From contig CAYPOT010000009.1 in NCBI GenBank assembly GCA_964412455.1, positions 5,179 through 69,178 on the forward strand: a stretch of 64,000 nt of DNA. Direction: 5' to 3'. The first letter of the stretch is position 1. Each line of letters opens with the position of its first letter. Source of the DNA: an uncultured Nitrospiraceae bacterium (GTDB lineage Bacteria > Nitrospirota > UBA9217). The notes under the pieces are model-generated. The model had not been told where the DNA came from and did not search any database. It saw nothing but the letters and a program-made list of their open reading frames with translations. Shown here in pieces: positions 16,654 to 26,484 of this stretch. Both the position numbers and the translations under genes were made by a program.

Positions 16654-18498
16654 GTGACAAAAGTCGTTAGTAGGATCATCAAGGAAGCAAGAGAAAACCC
16701 TATGACCAGGCTTACGACGGACATGCTCGGCGAGATTCTCCTGAAGGCGGGGAAGCTTACGCCTGAGCAGGCGAAAGAGATCAGGATCAAACAGGACCAT
16801 CAGCGGATGAAGATCCTGAAGTCACGGGGCGAGACGATCCACCGCGGCAGGGTCCACCTCGAGGACGAAGTGTCAGCGATCGAGGTCGCCGCTTCGCTGG
16901 AGTTCGAACAGGCCGGTGCGCCGGGAAAGGTCCTTACCGAGGACCTCATTACCGAGGCCGTCGCCCTGCACGTCGGCATGCCCTTTAGAAAGATCGATCC
17001 CTTGAAGCTCAATCCGGAGATCGTCACCCAGATCCTGCCGCGGGCCTTTGCCCGCAGGAACGGCGCAGTGCCGATCGGTCGGGGTGAGGACAAGCTCACG
17101 GTCGCCGTATCGGACCCCTTCAACCTCGAGGTCGTGGAAAACATCGAGCGGATGGGATTCAAGGTTTCCCGGGTCCTCTCCCCCCGGACGGACATCCTGA
17201 AGATCATTACCGAGTTCTACGGGTTCCGCTCATCGGTGAGCGCCGCGGCCAAGGAATTGGGCTCCGAGGTGGATCTCGGGAACCTCGAACAGTTCGTCAA
17301 GATGAAGGCCGTGTCCGAGATCGAGGCCACGGACAAGCACATCGTGACCGCCGTGGAGTTCCTGTTCCGCTACGCCTTCGACCAGCGGGCCAGCGATATC
17401 CACATCGAGCCCAAGCGCGACGTTTCCGAGATCCGGTTTCGGATCGACGGCATGCTCCATGTGATCAACAAGGTCCCCAAACAGGTCCATCCCGCCTTCG
17501 TGTCCCGCATCAAAATGCTCTCCCGCATGGATATCGCCGAGAAGCGCCGGCCCCAGGATGGCCGTATCAAGACCGAATACAAGGGGCGTGAGGTCGAGTT
17601 TCGCGTGTCCACGATGCCGGTCGCGTTCGGTGAGAAAGTGGTGCTCAGGATCTTCGACCCCGATATCATCCTGCAGGACCTGGAGGAACTGGGTTTCTCG
17701 AAGCGGGAGTATGAGCTCTTTCGTTCCTTCATCGCCCGGCCTCATGGCATTGTTCTTGTCACGGGCCCCACGGGAAGCGGCAAGACCACCACGCTCTATT
17801 CCGCGCTCAAGACCGTCTCGACTCCCGAAGTGAACGTGATCACTGTCGAGGACCCCATCGAAATGGTCTACGACCGTTTTAATCAGGTGGCCGTCCAGCC
17901 GCAGATCGGCGTCACGTTCGGCACGACGCTTCGCACGATCCTCCGCCAGGACCCGGACATCATCATGGTGGGCGAGGTACGGGACCTTGATACCGCGGAG
18001 AACGCCGTCCAGGCGTCCCTGACCGGTCATCTGGTCTTTTCGACCCTGCACACCAACGACGCGCCGAGCTCCATCACGCGTCTCCTGGACCTGGGACTCC
18101 CCGCCTTCCTTATCGCGTCGACCGTGGTGGGGATCATGGCCCAGCGGCTGCTGCGGAAAGTCTGCAAGAACTGCGAACGGACGTACCAGCTTCTGCCCGA
18201 GGAGGCCGCGGCCGTCGGCCTTTCGTCCGATCTGAACCAGAAGATCATGGTAAAGTACGGCGAGGGCTGCGGTCAGTGCCGGGGCACCGGTTATCTCGGA
18301 AGGACCGGGATCTTTGAGGTCATGGAAGTGAACGAGAAGATCCGGCCGCTCATCACCGAGAAGGCGGACTCCGAGTTCATCAAGCGCACGGCCATCGGCG
18401 ACGGAATGGTGACGCTCCGCGAAGGCGCGGTGCGGAAGATGCTGAGCGGTGAGACCACCTTTGACGAGGTCATCCGCGTAACGGGGGAAAAAATCTAG
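16654..18498 (+). CDS. GspE/PilB-family secretion ATPase (orphan copy)
   Basis: T2SSE N-terminal domain, Walker A GPTGSGKTTT, Asp/His boxes, and a tetracysteine CKNC...CGQC motif. GTG start at 16654 or ATG at 16702. Confidence 0.88.
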   Translation: MTKVVSRIIKEARENPMTRLTTDMLGEILLKAGKLTPEQAKEIRIKQDHQRMKILKSRGETIHRGRVHLEDEVSAIEVAASLEFEQAGAPGKVLTEDLITEAVALHVGMPFRKIDPLKLNPEIVTQILPRAFARRNGAVPIGRGEDKLTVAVSDPFNLEVVENIERMGFKVSRVLSPRTDILKIITEFYGFRSSVSAAAKELGSEVDLGNLEQFVKMKAVSEIEATDKHIVTAVEFLFRYAFDQRASDIHIEPKRDVSEIRFRIDGMLHVINKVPKQVHPAFVSRIKMLSRMDIAEKRRPQDGRIKTEYKGREVEFRVSTMPVAFGEKVVLRIFDPDIILQDLEELGFSKREYELFRSFIARPHGIVLVTGPTGSGKTTTLYSALKTVSTPEVNVITVEDPIEMVYDRFNQVAVQPQIGVTFGTTLRTILRQDPDIIMVGEVRDLDTAENAVQASLTGHLVFSTLHTNDAPSSITRLLDLGLPAFLIASTVVGIMAQRLLRKVCKNCERTYQLLPEEAAAVGLSSDLNQKIMVKYGEGCGQCRGTGYLGRTGIFEVMEVNEKIRPLITEKADSEFIKRTAIGDGMVTLREGAVRKMLSGETTFDEVIRVTGEKI

Positions 18499-18581
18499 AA
18501 CGTAAGGTGATAGGTCATAGGGCACGGCAACTGGTTTTGCGGCCCTAACCTTTCACCTTTGACCTCTGACCTGGAATCATT

Positions 18582-19862
18582 ATGGACACCATCATCACAT
18601 TCCTCTCCGACAACTGGCTGCTTTTCTGCGGCGTATTCACCAGCATCCTGCTCGCGGCGTTCTTCGCCGCCTCGGAGACGGCCATGCTGTTCGCGAACAA
18701 GGCGCGTCTGCACCAGCTTGCCGATGAGGGCAACGTGCAGGCCGAAGCGGCGCTCGGACTGGCATTGGAGCGGAACCGCCTCCACAGCAGCCTGCTGCTG
18801 GTGGAGAACTTCTTTCTGGTCCTCGCGGTGGTCCAGTGCACCGTTATTGCCCTCATTCTCTTCAACGAAACGCTGCCAGCGGTCGCGGCCACCTCGGTCG
18901 TAATGAGCATCGTGGTGGTGGTGTTTGCCAAGCTCGCGCCCAAGGGCCTTGCCGCGCGGGACCCTGACCGCTTCGCGCTGGTGGTCGCGCGTCCGATGCG
19001 GTTCCTTCTGAAGCTGATCTCCCCGGTGTCCCGTGTCGTTACCGCCACGGCCGACTTTTTCTCCGGCTCTGCGTCATCCAGGGGCCTGTCGTGCACCGCG
19101 GTGGTCACGGAAGAGGACATCAAGGCGATGATCAACCTTGGTGAGGAGGAAGGGACGCTGGAGGAGGAGGAGAAAGAGCTTCTGCACAAGGTCTTCGAGT
19201 TCGGCGATACCCTGGCTGCGGAGGCCATGCGCCCGCGGACGGAGGTCGTCAGCATACCTGCCGCCGCGGCCATCAAGGACGTGCTCGCGCTTGTCTCCGG
19301 GTTTGGCTATTCCCGATACCCGGTCATTGAAAACACCGTGGACACGGTTATCGGAATCCTGTACGTGAAGGACATTCTCATCGCGATGTCCGCGGGTGAC
19401 GTGAAAGGCGACGATCCTATCCAGCGCTTCATTCGCCCGGCTAACTTCATTCCCGAAAACAAGCGCGTGAGCGAGCTCCTGGCCGAGATGCAGAGGGACA
19501 AGTTCCAGATAGCCATCGTCATCGACGAGTTCGGCGGCACTGCCGGTCTGGTGACCCTGGAGGACCTTATCGAGGAGATCGTCGGCAATATCCACGATGA
19601 GCTGGACTCGGTGGACAAGGACGTGGAGATCGTCGACGAGAAGAACTTCATGGTCTCCGGCCAGTCCGAGATCGACGAGGTGAACGAGCTCCTGGATGTC
19701 CGTCTCCAGACGAAGGATTTCAACACCATCGGAGGGTTCGTCTTCGGCCTTTTCGGCAGGATGCCCCGGGTGGGCGAGCAGCTCAAGTACAAGGACCTCA
19801 AGTTCGAGATCCTGGAGCTGGACGGCAGGAAGATCGACAAGATGAAAATTACAAAACTATAA
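18582..19862 (+). CDS. CNNM/DUF21-CBS-CorC_HlyC family transporter-associated protein
   Basis: N-terminal 4-TM DUF21 domain, a CBS pair (RYPV...AIVIDEFGGTAGLVTLEDL) and a CorC/HlyC C-terminal domain. Confidence 0.85.
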   Translation: MDTIITFLSDNWLLFCGVFTSILLAAFFAASETAMLFANKARLHQLADEGNVQAEAALGLALERNRLHSSLLLVENFFLVLAVVQCTVIALILFNETLPAVAATSVVMSIVVVVFAKLAPKGLAARDPDRFALVVARPMRFLLKLISPVSRVVTATADFFSGSASSRGLSCTAVVTEEDIKAMINLGEEEGTLEEEEKELLHKVFEFGDTLAAEAMRPRTEVVSIPAAAAIKDVLALVSGFGYSRYPVIENTVDTVIGILYVKDILIAMSAGDVKGDDPIQRFIRPANFIPENKRVSELLAEMQRDKFQIAIVIDEFGGTAGLVTLEDLIEEIVGNIHDELDSVDKDVEIVDEKNFMVSGQSEIDEVNELLDVRLQTKDFNTIGGFVFGLFGRMPRVGEQLKYKDLKFEILELDGRKIDKMKITKL

Positions 19863-19867
19863 AGATT

Positions 19868-20020
19868 TACCACGGAGGCACGGAGACACGGAGGAAAGCA
19901 GTAGGGGGCAAGATCAAATAATTCAAGCTTAAGAAAAAGCGTTGTCTTTATACGTTTGGATCTAACGCGTATTTATTGATTTTCTTCTGGTGTTCTCCGT
20001 GCCTCCGTGTCTCCGTGGTA
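19868..20020. repeat. Heptamer-array inverted repeat (CACGGAG units) with AT-rich spacer
   Basis: Left arm TACCACGGAGGCACGGAGACACGGAGG and right arm CTCCGTGCCTCCGTGTCTCCGTGGTA, about 90 nt apart. Confidence 0.7.
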
Positions 20021-20051
20021 GATTACATGTTGTTATTTTGGGAGGTGTATC

Positions 20052-20975
20052 GTGCGGAAGAAAGTAACGGTGGTCGGTGCAGGACATGTCGGGGCAACGC
20101 TCGCGCAGCGGATCGCGGAGATGGACCTCGCGGACGTGGTGCTTGTGGACGTGGCGGAGGGCGTTCCCCAGGGAAAGGCCCTGGACCTCATGGAGTGCGG
20201 TCCAATCCTGGGCTATGACTCGACGGTGACCGGCTCGAACGGGTATGACGAGACGGCCAACTCGGACGTGATCATTATCACGGCCGGCCTGGCAAGGAAG
20301 CCGGGTATGAGCCGGGACGACCTCCTGGCGGCGAACGGCGATATTGTCAAGGTCTGCGCAGCGAAATCCGGGAAGCGGTCGCCCAACGCGGTCATGATCG
20401 TCGTGACCAATCCCATGGATGTCATGGCGTTCGTGGCCATGAAGGCGACGGGATTTCCGCGGGAGCGGGTCTTCGGTATGGGCGGAGTGCTTGACTCGGC
20501 CCGGTTCCGGACGTTCATCGCCATGGAACTGAAGGTGTCGGTCGAGAACACCCATGCCTTCGTGCTCGGCGGCCACGGGGACACCATGGTCCCGCTGCCG
20601 CGCTATTCCACGGTGGCCGGGATACCGATCACGGAGCTCCTGAGCGCCGACCAGATCAACCGGCTCGTGGACCGGACGCGGAACGGAGGCGCCGAGATCG
20701 TCGCCCTGCTCAAGACCGGGAGCGCGTACTATGCACCTTCGGCCGCCGCGGCAGAAATGGTGGAGGCGATCCTGCTGGACAAAAAGAAGATCCTGCCCTG
20801 CTCGGTGCTCCTGGAGGGTGAGTACGGGGTCAAGAGCGTGTTCGCCGGGATCCCGGTGAAGCTGGGCGCGAAAGGGATCGAGCAGTTCGTTGAGGTGAAG
20901 CTCAATGCCGAGGAGACGTCTGCGTTCATGAAGTCCGTGGAGGCGGTAAAATCGGGATGCGCGAAATTCATGTAG
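20052..20975 (+). CDS. mdh: Malate dehydrogenase (LDH-like family)
   Basis: GTG start. [10 protein letters not shown] Rossmann motif, [11 protein letters not shown] and GGHGDTMVP. Confidence 0.9.
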   Translation: MRKKVTVVGAGHVGATLAQRIAEMDLADVVLVDVAEGVPQGKALDLMECGPILGYDSTVTGSNGYDETANSDVIIITAGLARKPGMSRDDLLAANGDIVKVCAAKSGKRSPNAVMIVVTNPMDVMAFVAMKATGFPRERVFGMGGVLDSARFRTFIAMELKVSVENTHAFVLGGHGDTMVPLPRYSTVAGIPITELLSADQINRLVDRTRNGGAEIVALLKTGSAYYAPSAAAAEMVEAILLDKKKILPCSVLLEGEYGVKSVFAGIPVKLGAKGIEQFVEVKLNAEETSAFMKSVEAVKSGCAKFM

Positions 20976-21796
20976 ACGAGATACGGGACAACGTCGCGCA
21001 GATCTGCATTGACGCGGCGTACGATCTCAGCCAGGATGTCCTGACGGCCTTCGACCGGGCGCAGGAGGCAGAGACCTCGCCAGCGGCGAAGGAGGTCATC
21101 GGCCTCCTGAAGGAGAACGCGGCCGTCGCCCGCGAGGACCGCATTCCCATCTGCCAGGATACGGGCATCGCGGTCTTCTTCATAGAGATCGGCCAGGACC
21201 TTCGCATCAAGAACGGTTTCCTTATCGACGCTGTCAACGAGGGTGTGCGGAAGGGCTACAAGGAAGGGTATCTCAGGCGGTCCGTGGTGGACCCGCTTAC
21301 GCGGAAGAACACGGGCGATAACACTCCGGCGATCATCTACACGGAGCTGGTGCCCGGCGACAAGCTCAGGATATCCTTCATGCCCAAGGGCGCGGGAAGC
21401 GAGAACATGAGCGCCATCAGGATGCTTCGCCCCACTGAGGGTATCGAGGGCGTCAGGGCGTTCGTCCTGGAGTGCGTGAAAAACGCGGGTGCCAATCCCT
21501 GCCCGCCGATCGTCGTTGGCGTCGGCATCGGCGGCACGTTCGAGAAGGCCGCGGTCATGGCCAAAAAGTCGCTGCTCCGTCACATCGGTAGTCCCAATCC
21601 GAAACTGGAGCTCGCCTCGCTCGAAGAGGAACTGCTCAAGGCCGTGAACCGGACCGGCATCGGGCCTGCGGGGCTCGGCGGCAAGGTGACGGCAATGGCC
21701 GTGCATGTGGAGACCCACCCGTGCCACATCGCGAGCCTGCCGGTGGCGGTGAACATCAACTGTCACGCGGCGCGGCATAAAACAATAATTCTATAA
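20957..21796 (+). CDS. Fe-S class I fumarate hydratase, alpha subunit
   Basis: Fe-S hydro-lyase alpha-type sequence ([23 protein letters not shown]). Adjacent to the beta subunit and mdh. Confidence 0.85.
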   Translation: MREIHVDEIRDNVAQICIDAAYDLSQDVLTAFDRAQEAETSPAAKEVIGLLKENAAVAREDRIPICQDTGIAVFFIEIGQDLRIKNGFLIDAVNEGVRKGYKEGYLRRSVVDPLTRKNTGDNTPAIIYTELVPGDKLRISFMPKGAGSENMSAIRMLRPTEGIEGVRAFVLECVKNAGANPCPPIVVGVGIGGTFEKAAVMAKKSLLRHIGSPNPKLELASLEEELLKAVNRTGIGPAGLGGKVTAMAVHVETHPCHIASLPVAVNINCHAARHKTIIL

Positions 21797-21800
21797 ACGC

Positions 21801-21982
21801 TTTCACCGCAGAGGACGCAGAGGAAAGCGAAAAGAACGTCATTGAAAAAAAGCAGCCAGATATATAGGTTGAAATCTCTAAAACCAAATGGCGTTGCTCC
21901 CTTGAATGCTGTTAAATACCAAATGAATAGTTTGTCAGATTTCCGGTTGTTAAGGTGTCCTCTGCGTCCTCTGCGGTAAAAA
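21801..21982. repeat. Heptamer-array inverted repeat (GCAGAGG units) with AT-rich spacer
   Basis: TTTCACCGCAGAGGACGCAGAGGAAAGC versus GTGTCCTCTGCGTCCTCTGCGGTAAAAA. The arms are near-perfect complements, about 125 nt apart. Confidence 0.8.
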
Positions 21983-21991
21983 AGGTGAATT

Positions 21992-22561
21992 ATGAGCGTT
22001 CCCATCAAATTGACTCCTCCCCTGACTGACGAGGTCATCCTCAAGCTCAAGGCCGGCGACCGCGTCCTGATCACCGGGGTGATCTACACTGGCAGGGACA
22101 TGGCGCATAAATACATGGTCGAAGGACATGGAAAGGGCCAGGCATTTCCTTTCGACCTCAAGGGCCAGATCCTCTACTACACGGGCCCCACGCCGGCGCC
22201 GCCGGGAAGGCCCATCGGCGCTGCCGGACCGACCACGAGCTATCGGATGGACAAATACGCGCCCTATCTGCTTGAGCACGGTCTCAAGGCCATGATCGGA
22301 AAAGGCCCGCGCGGTGCGGAAGTTAAGGAATCCATCAAAAAGAACACAGCCGTCTATTTCGCCGCCATCGGCGGGGCCGGCGCTCTCATCTCCAAGGCCA
22401 TTAAAAAGGCTGAGGTCATCGCCTACCCGGAACTCGGCACCGAGGCAGTGATGCGGCTTGAGGTGGAGGATTTTCCGGTCTTCGTGGTGAACGATATCCA
22501 TGGCGGCGACCTGTACGAGAAGGGTGTGGCGGAGTACGGTGAAGAAAAAAACTACAAGTAA
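21992..22561 (+). CDS. Fe-S class I fumarate hydratase, beta subunit
   Basis: ITGVIYTGRDMAHK...GPTTSYRMD...GKG motifs of the beta-type hydro-lyase domain. Confidence 0.85.
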   Translation: MSVPIKLTPPLTDEVILKLKAGDRVLITGVIYTGRDMAHKYMVEGHGKGQAFPFDLKGQILYYTGPTPAPPGRPIGAAGPTTSYRMDKYAPYLLEHGLKAMIGKGPRGAEVKESIKKNTAVYFAAIGGAGALISKAIKKAEVIAYPELGTEAVMRLEVEDFPVFVVNDIHGGDLYEKGVAEYGEEKNYK

Positions 22562-22720
22562 CCACAGGCGGCTTTGCCGCACACGGTAAAGCGTTTTGTA
22601 AATAAATCAAAAAGTCTTTGTTTTAACCCGAATCCATCTGTGTGTCGCGTACACGCGACCCGTGGTTATGAGGTATTAATCCGAGTAGTTTTAAGGATTT
22701 TTGATATTCCTGGAGGATAA

Positions 22721-23254
22721 ATGACGATCAAGTCGAGGATCAGGACCGTGCCCGATTACCCCAAGAAAGGCATCATGTTCCGTGACATCACCACGCTCAT
22801 CAAGGACCCGGTTGGGTTCCGGCTGGTGATCGACACCATCACCCAGCGGTACATCACGGGCGACCATGACTTTAATGTCATCGTGGGCATCGAATCCCGG
22901 GGCTTCATCATCGGCGGCGCGCTTGCCTACACGCTCGGGAGGGGGTTCGTGCCCATCCGGAAGAAAGGGAAACTGCCCGGCGAGGTCGAGTTCCAGGAGT
23001 ATGAGCTCGAATACGGCACGGACCGCATCGAGATACACAAGGACGCGTTAAAGAAGGGCGACCGGGTGCTTCTGATCGACGACCTCCTCGCCACCGGCGG
23101 TACGGCCCTGGCCGCGGCGGCCCTGATAGAAAAGCTCGGCGGTACGGTCGTTGAAATGGCATTCATCGTGGACCTGCCGGACGTGGGCGGGAAGAAAAAA
23201 CTTCTGGACAAGGGCTACAGGGTCTTTGCGCTCACGGAGTTCGAAGGGGATTAA
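22721..23254 (+). CDS. apt: Adenine phosphoribosyltransferase
   Basis: Family sequence throughout, including the PRPP motif VLLIDDLLATGGT. Confidence 0.92.
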   Translation: MTIKSRIRTVPDYPKKGIMFRDITTLIKDPVGFRLVIDTITQRYITGDHDFNVIVGIESRGFIIGGALAYTLGRGFVPIRKKGKLPGEVEFQEYELEYGTDRIEIHKDALKKGDRVLLIDDLLATGGTALAAAALIEKLGGTVVEMAFIVDLPDVGGKKKLLDKGYRVFALTEFEGD

Positions 23255-23323
23255 GTGGCGTAGCAAAGGCAATTGGACGCGGATGTACGCGGATTTGCGC
23301 GGATTGAACGTCAAGATAACAAC

Positions 23324-23365
23324 AAAGCGGAGCAGGGTCATCATGCTCCGCTTTGTTGCGTTTTC
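23324..23365 (+). terminator. Rho-independent terminator after apt
   Basis: AAAGCGGAGC...GCTCCGCTTT hairpin followed by GTTGCGTTTTC. Confidence 0.7.
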
Positions 23366-23370
23366 ATTTG

Positions 23371-23406
23371 CCTCTCCCCTCGCGGGAGAGGGCAGGGTGA
23401 GGGGGC
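23371..23406. repeat. Family B repeat, short copy
   Basis: CCTCTCCCCTCGCGGGAGAGGGCAGGGTGAGGGGGC. Lies at the left edge of the second accessory region. Confidence 0.7.
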
Positions 23407-23430
23407 ATGGTTAGATAATCATACACTATA

Positions 23431-23459
23431 TTGACAGAATATCGTACACATGGTAATAT
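23431..23459 (+). promoter_or_regulatory. Sigma70-type promoter
   Basis: TTGACA (23431-23436), 17 nt, TAATAT (23454-23459), upstream of the XRE-Panacea gene. Confidence 0.55.
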
Positions 23460-23483
23460 GGTGCCACAGAGGGAGGGTTTACC

Positions 23484-24272
23484 ATGAGTGTGTCCAGTAA
23501 AATAGGGCTCCGGATCAAAGAGCTGCGGGAAAAGGCCGATATGAGCCAGGAGTCATTGGCGCAGAAGATGAAGATGTCCCGCCCTGCCATAACGCAGATC
23601 GAGAAAGGTACGAGAAAGGTCTCTGCCGAAGAACTGGTGAACTTTTCGCAAATGTTCCACGTACCTGTTGATGGCATTTTGAATCAGGGAAAAGAGCCGG
23701 AAGTCTTTCTTCAGGAGGAAAGGGCTGCAAAGGCGGCCAAGCCGCAGATGCGTATCAGCGTTCCGCAGAAGAACCTTCAAAAGTTCAAGGAGGTGCTGTT
23801 GTACATCCTGAACAAGGTGGGCGCAAAGGAGAACATCGGCGAGACCGTCGTCTACAAGCTGCTCTACTTCATAGATTTCGATTTCTACGAGAAATATGAG
23901 GACCAGCTGGTCGGCGCCACGTACATCAAGAACAAATATGGTCCTACACCGGTCGAGTTTGCTAAGATCGTCGAGAAGATGATCAAGGACGGTGAGATCG
24001 AGAAGGTCAAGAGCGAATACTTCAAGCTCCAGCAGACCAAGTACCTGCCCCGCCGGAAGCCGGACCTCACGAAGCTCCAGGCGACCGAGATCGAGGTGAT
24101 CGACGACGTGCTGAACCGGCTCTCGGAAATGAACGCCAACCAGATCAGCGCGTACTCGCACAGCGATGTTCCCTGGATGTCGACGAAGGACGGCGAAACC
24201 ATCGATTACGAATCGGTCTTTTACCGCACGCCGCCCTATTCCGTGCGGGCCTACACGGATGAGAACGGATGA
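23484..24272 (+). CDS. XRE-HTH / Panacea (DUF4065, SocA-like) domain antitoxin
   Basis: N-terminal LRIKELREKADMSQESLAQKMKMSRPAITQIEKG HTH. C-terminal VVYKLLYFIDFDFYEKYEDQLVGATYIKNKYGPTP resembles the DUF4065/Panacea core. Confidence 0.7.
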   Translation: MSVSSKIGLRIKELREKADMSQESLAQKMKMSRPAITQIEKGTRKVSAEELVNFSQMFHVPVDGILNQGKEPEVFLQEERAAKAAKPQMRISVPQKNLQKFKEVLLYILNKVGAKENIGETVVYKLLYFIDFDFYEKYEDQLVGATYIKNKYGPTPVEFAKIVEKMIKDGEIEKVKSEYFKLQQTKYLPRRKPDLTKLQATEIEVIDDVLNRLSEMNANQISAYSHSDVPWMSTKDGETIDYESVFYRTPPYSVRAYTDENG

Positions 24273-24784
24273 GCCGATCGTTCTACAGTGAATTCGACGG
24301 GACGCTGTTTGAAAAGATCACTCATGTCCCGGAGTTCGAGAAAGATCTAAAAAAGCTCTCCAAGCGATTCTCTTCGCTCGAAAAGGACCTGCAGACCTTC
24401 ATCAAGGTCGCGATGCATCTATTTCACAAGCAGAAGATCGACAGCAATGCGATCTTTCATATATCCGATCTCGGGATCAAGTCTCCGAATATATACAAGG
24501 CCAAGAAGTTTGCGTGCCGGGCGTTGAAGGGCAAAGGAGCGCAATCGGGAATCAGGGTTATTTATGCATATCATGAGGAAGCGGATTGGGTAGAGTTTGT
24601 CGAGATTTATTATAAGGGCGATAAGGAGAGCGAGGGCAGGGAGAGGATAGCTCGAATATATGGTAAACCTCGACAGGTAGGCGGACCGCTTGCGAGCCGC
24701 AAGGCCTTGAGAGAATCGCTCCGCGCCAAAGGAAAAGCGCCGTCCGAAGTCGTGATCGCATCGAGAAAACAGGAGAGGGATTAG
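24269..24784 (+). CDS. RelE/ParE-superfamily toxin (HigB-like)
   Basis: Overlaps the antitoxin stop by 4 nt. LKGKGAQSGIRVIYAYHEEADWVEFVEIYYKGDKE matches the K(S)GGxRVIY...IYxKxxKE toxin pattern. Confidence 0.65.
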   Translation: MSRSFYSEFDGTLFEKITHVPEFEKDLKKLSKRFSSLEKDLQTFIKVAMHLFHKQKIDSNAIFHISDLGIKSPNIYKAKKFACRALKGKGAQSGIRVIYAYHEEADWVEFVEIYYKGDKESEGRERIARIYGKPRQVGGPLASRKALRESLRAKGKAPSEVVIASRKQERD

Positions 24785-24839
24785 ATGCCCTCCCTATACG
24801 TTGACACGGCGTCGCGCAGAAATTATGCTGCCAACACCC

Positions 24840-24880
24840 TTGACAATGGCTTCAAGGCTGTTGTATTATAAATACAACAG
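24840..24880 (+). promoter_or_regulatory. Promoter with overlapping palindromic operator
   Basis: TTGACA (24840-24845), 18 nt, TATTAT (24864-24869). A 9-bp inverted repeat CTGTTGTAT-N5-ATACAACAG (24858-24880) overlaps the -10 element. Confidence 0.55.
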
Positions 24881-24901
24881 TAAGTAAGGGAGGTGCTCAC
24901 C

Positions 24902-25276
24902 ATGTCAACCAAAGCGACTTTCGGGGAATTCTTCAAACAAAAAAGGATCGAGCAGAAAAAGACCTTGCGGCAATTCTGTGCGGAGAACAAGCTGGACCCC
25001 GGCAATATCAGCAAGCTCGAACGGGGGCTCATGCAACCGCCGCAGGGGAAAGACAAACTCGAAGAGTATGCCAGGTATCTTACAATCAAAAAAGGAACCG
25101 ACGACTGGTATAAGTTCTTCGATCTGGCCGCTATTGAGGCCGGCCGGATACCTGAGGAGCTGCTGAGCGATGCTAAGATGGCCGCAAATCTGCCGATCCT
25201 GTTCCGGACCTTGCGGGGAAAGAAAATATCGGAAAAGAAACTCGACGAACTGGTGGAGATGATTCGCAAGGCATAG
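24902..25276 (+). CDS. XRE-family HTH transcriptional regulator
   Basis: FGEFFKQKRIEQKKTLRQFCAENKLDPGNISKLERG helix-turn-helix. Confidence 0.7.
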   Translation: MSTKATFGEFFKQKRIEQKKTLRQFCAENKLDPGNISKLERGLMQPPQGKDKLEEYARYLTIKKGTDDWYKFFDLAAIEAGRIPEELLSDAKMAANLPILFRTLRGKKISEKKLDELVEMIRKA

Positions 25277-25339
25277 CCTATCCATTTCTCAGTCTGTTTA
25301 ATTAGGTTTTCGAAAGAATGCGTATATCCAAGTAATGAC

Positions 25340-25504
25340 ATGGCAAACCAAGCGAAAAAGACAGAGCACTCAGGATCGAAGAAAGGTTGCGGCTCATACT
25401 GGGGACGAAAGAAGGACGCAAAGACAGAAAGCAACCGCAAGCGCCGCGAAGACGGCAAGAGATTGATTCGAGAGACAGCGAGAGTATATGAACCGAAGAA
25501 ATAA
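25340..25504 (+). CDS. Possible small basic protein (54 aa)
   Basis: ATG 25340 to TAA 25502-25504, absent from the ORF track because it is under 60 aa. MANQAKKTEHSGSKKGCGSYWGRKKDAK... No family recognised. Confidence 0.2.
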   Translation: MANQAKKTEHSGSKKGCGSYWGRKKDAKTESNRKRREDGKRLIRETARVYEPKK

Positions 25505-25751
25505 ATCCAGACCACAACGCACCGCTGATGCTCTTTGCCAGAAACACAAGGTCAGCGTCACGGGGAAATCCCATGACGTTGTACTCCATGCCGATACAGA
25601 AGACGGCGGCTTCTGGGTCGAGTGCCCCTCGCTTCCCGGCTGCGACTCGCAGGGCGACGCGGTAGAGGATGCGCTAAAGATGGTGAAGGACGCCATCAAG
25701 GGACATCTGGAGGTCGCGGCAGAGCGGAAGAAGAAGAGGGCGGCCGCGTAA
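25488..25751 (+). CDS. HicB-like antitoxin (UPF0150 fold)
   Basis: VVLHADTEDGGFWVECPSLPGCDSQGDAVEDALKMVKDAIKGHLE is the classic HicB N-terminal domain pattern. The true start may be internal. Confidence 0.7.
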   Translation: MNRRNKSRPQRTADALCQKHKVSVTGKSHDVVLHADTEDGGFWVECPSLPGCDSQGDAVEDALKMVKDAIKGHLEVAAERKKKRAAA

Positions 25752-26387
25752 ATGCCCTATATTTTCATGGACGAGTCAGGCGACCTTGGATTTGATTTCA
25801 CCAAGAAAGGGACTTCGCAATATTTTCTGATTACGTTCCTGTTCAGCAACAATAAGAGGGACATTGACAAATGCGTCAAAAAGGTCCATGCGGGCTTGCG
25901 CAAACGGTATAAGAGAGTTGGCGTACTGCATGCATATAAGGATGAACCGGTAACCAAAAAGCGATTACTTTCGCTACTTGCGGAGAAGGATTGCACTATC
26001 ATGGCAATCGTGCTGAACAAGAGAAAGGTCTACACAAACCTTCAGGATGAGAAGCCGGTCCTTTACAATTACGTGACCAATATCTTGCTCGACAGGATAT
26101 TCTCAAAAAAACTGCTGCGCGGCAACGAACCAATCGAGATCATCGCCTCGCGTAAGGACACGAGCAGGTTCCTGAATTTGAACTTCAAATCCTACCTGCA
26201 GTCGCAATTGGCCAAGAATCACAATGTGACGGTAAGCGTTACGATCAAGACCCCGGCGGAAGAGAAAGCACTTCAGGCGGTGGATTTCGTGAGCTGGGCG
26301 ATATTCAGGAAGTATGAGTCGAAGGACGAAGAGTACTACAGGATCATCAAAGGGCTGATCGTCGAAGAGAAACCGTTGTTCCCCTAG
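25752..26387 (+). CDS. DUF3800-family protein
   Basis: Starts MPYIFMDESGDLGF and ends ...ALQAVDFVSWAIFRKYE, the two DUF3800 hallmark blocks. Its ATG directly abuts the HicB stop codon. Confidence 0.7.
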   Translation: MPYIFMDESGDLGFDFTKKGTSQYFLITFLFSNNKRDIDKCVKKVHAGLRKRYKRVGVLHAYKDEPVTKKRLLSLLAEKDCTIMAIVLNKRKVYTNLQDEKPVLYNYVTNILLDRIFSKKLLRGNEPIEIIASRKDTSRFLNLNFKSYLQSQLAKNHNVTVSVTIKTPAEEKALQAVDFVSWAIFRKYESKDEEYYRIIKGLIVEEKPLFP

Positions 26388-26484
26388 AAACAACAAAGCC
26401 CCGTTCGCTAGTTTCGAGGCGCCCTGCGGTACCCCACGAACGAGGACTTACTTGTTGCTATTATGATAATGCAGGGGCGGAAGT

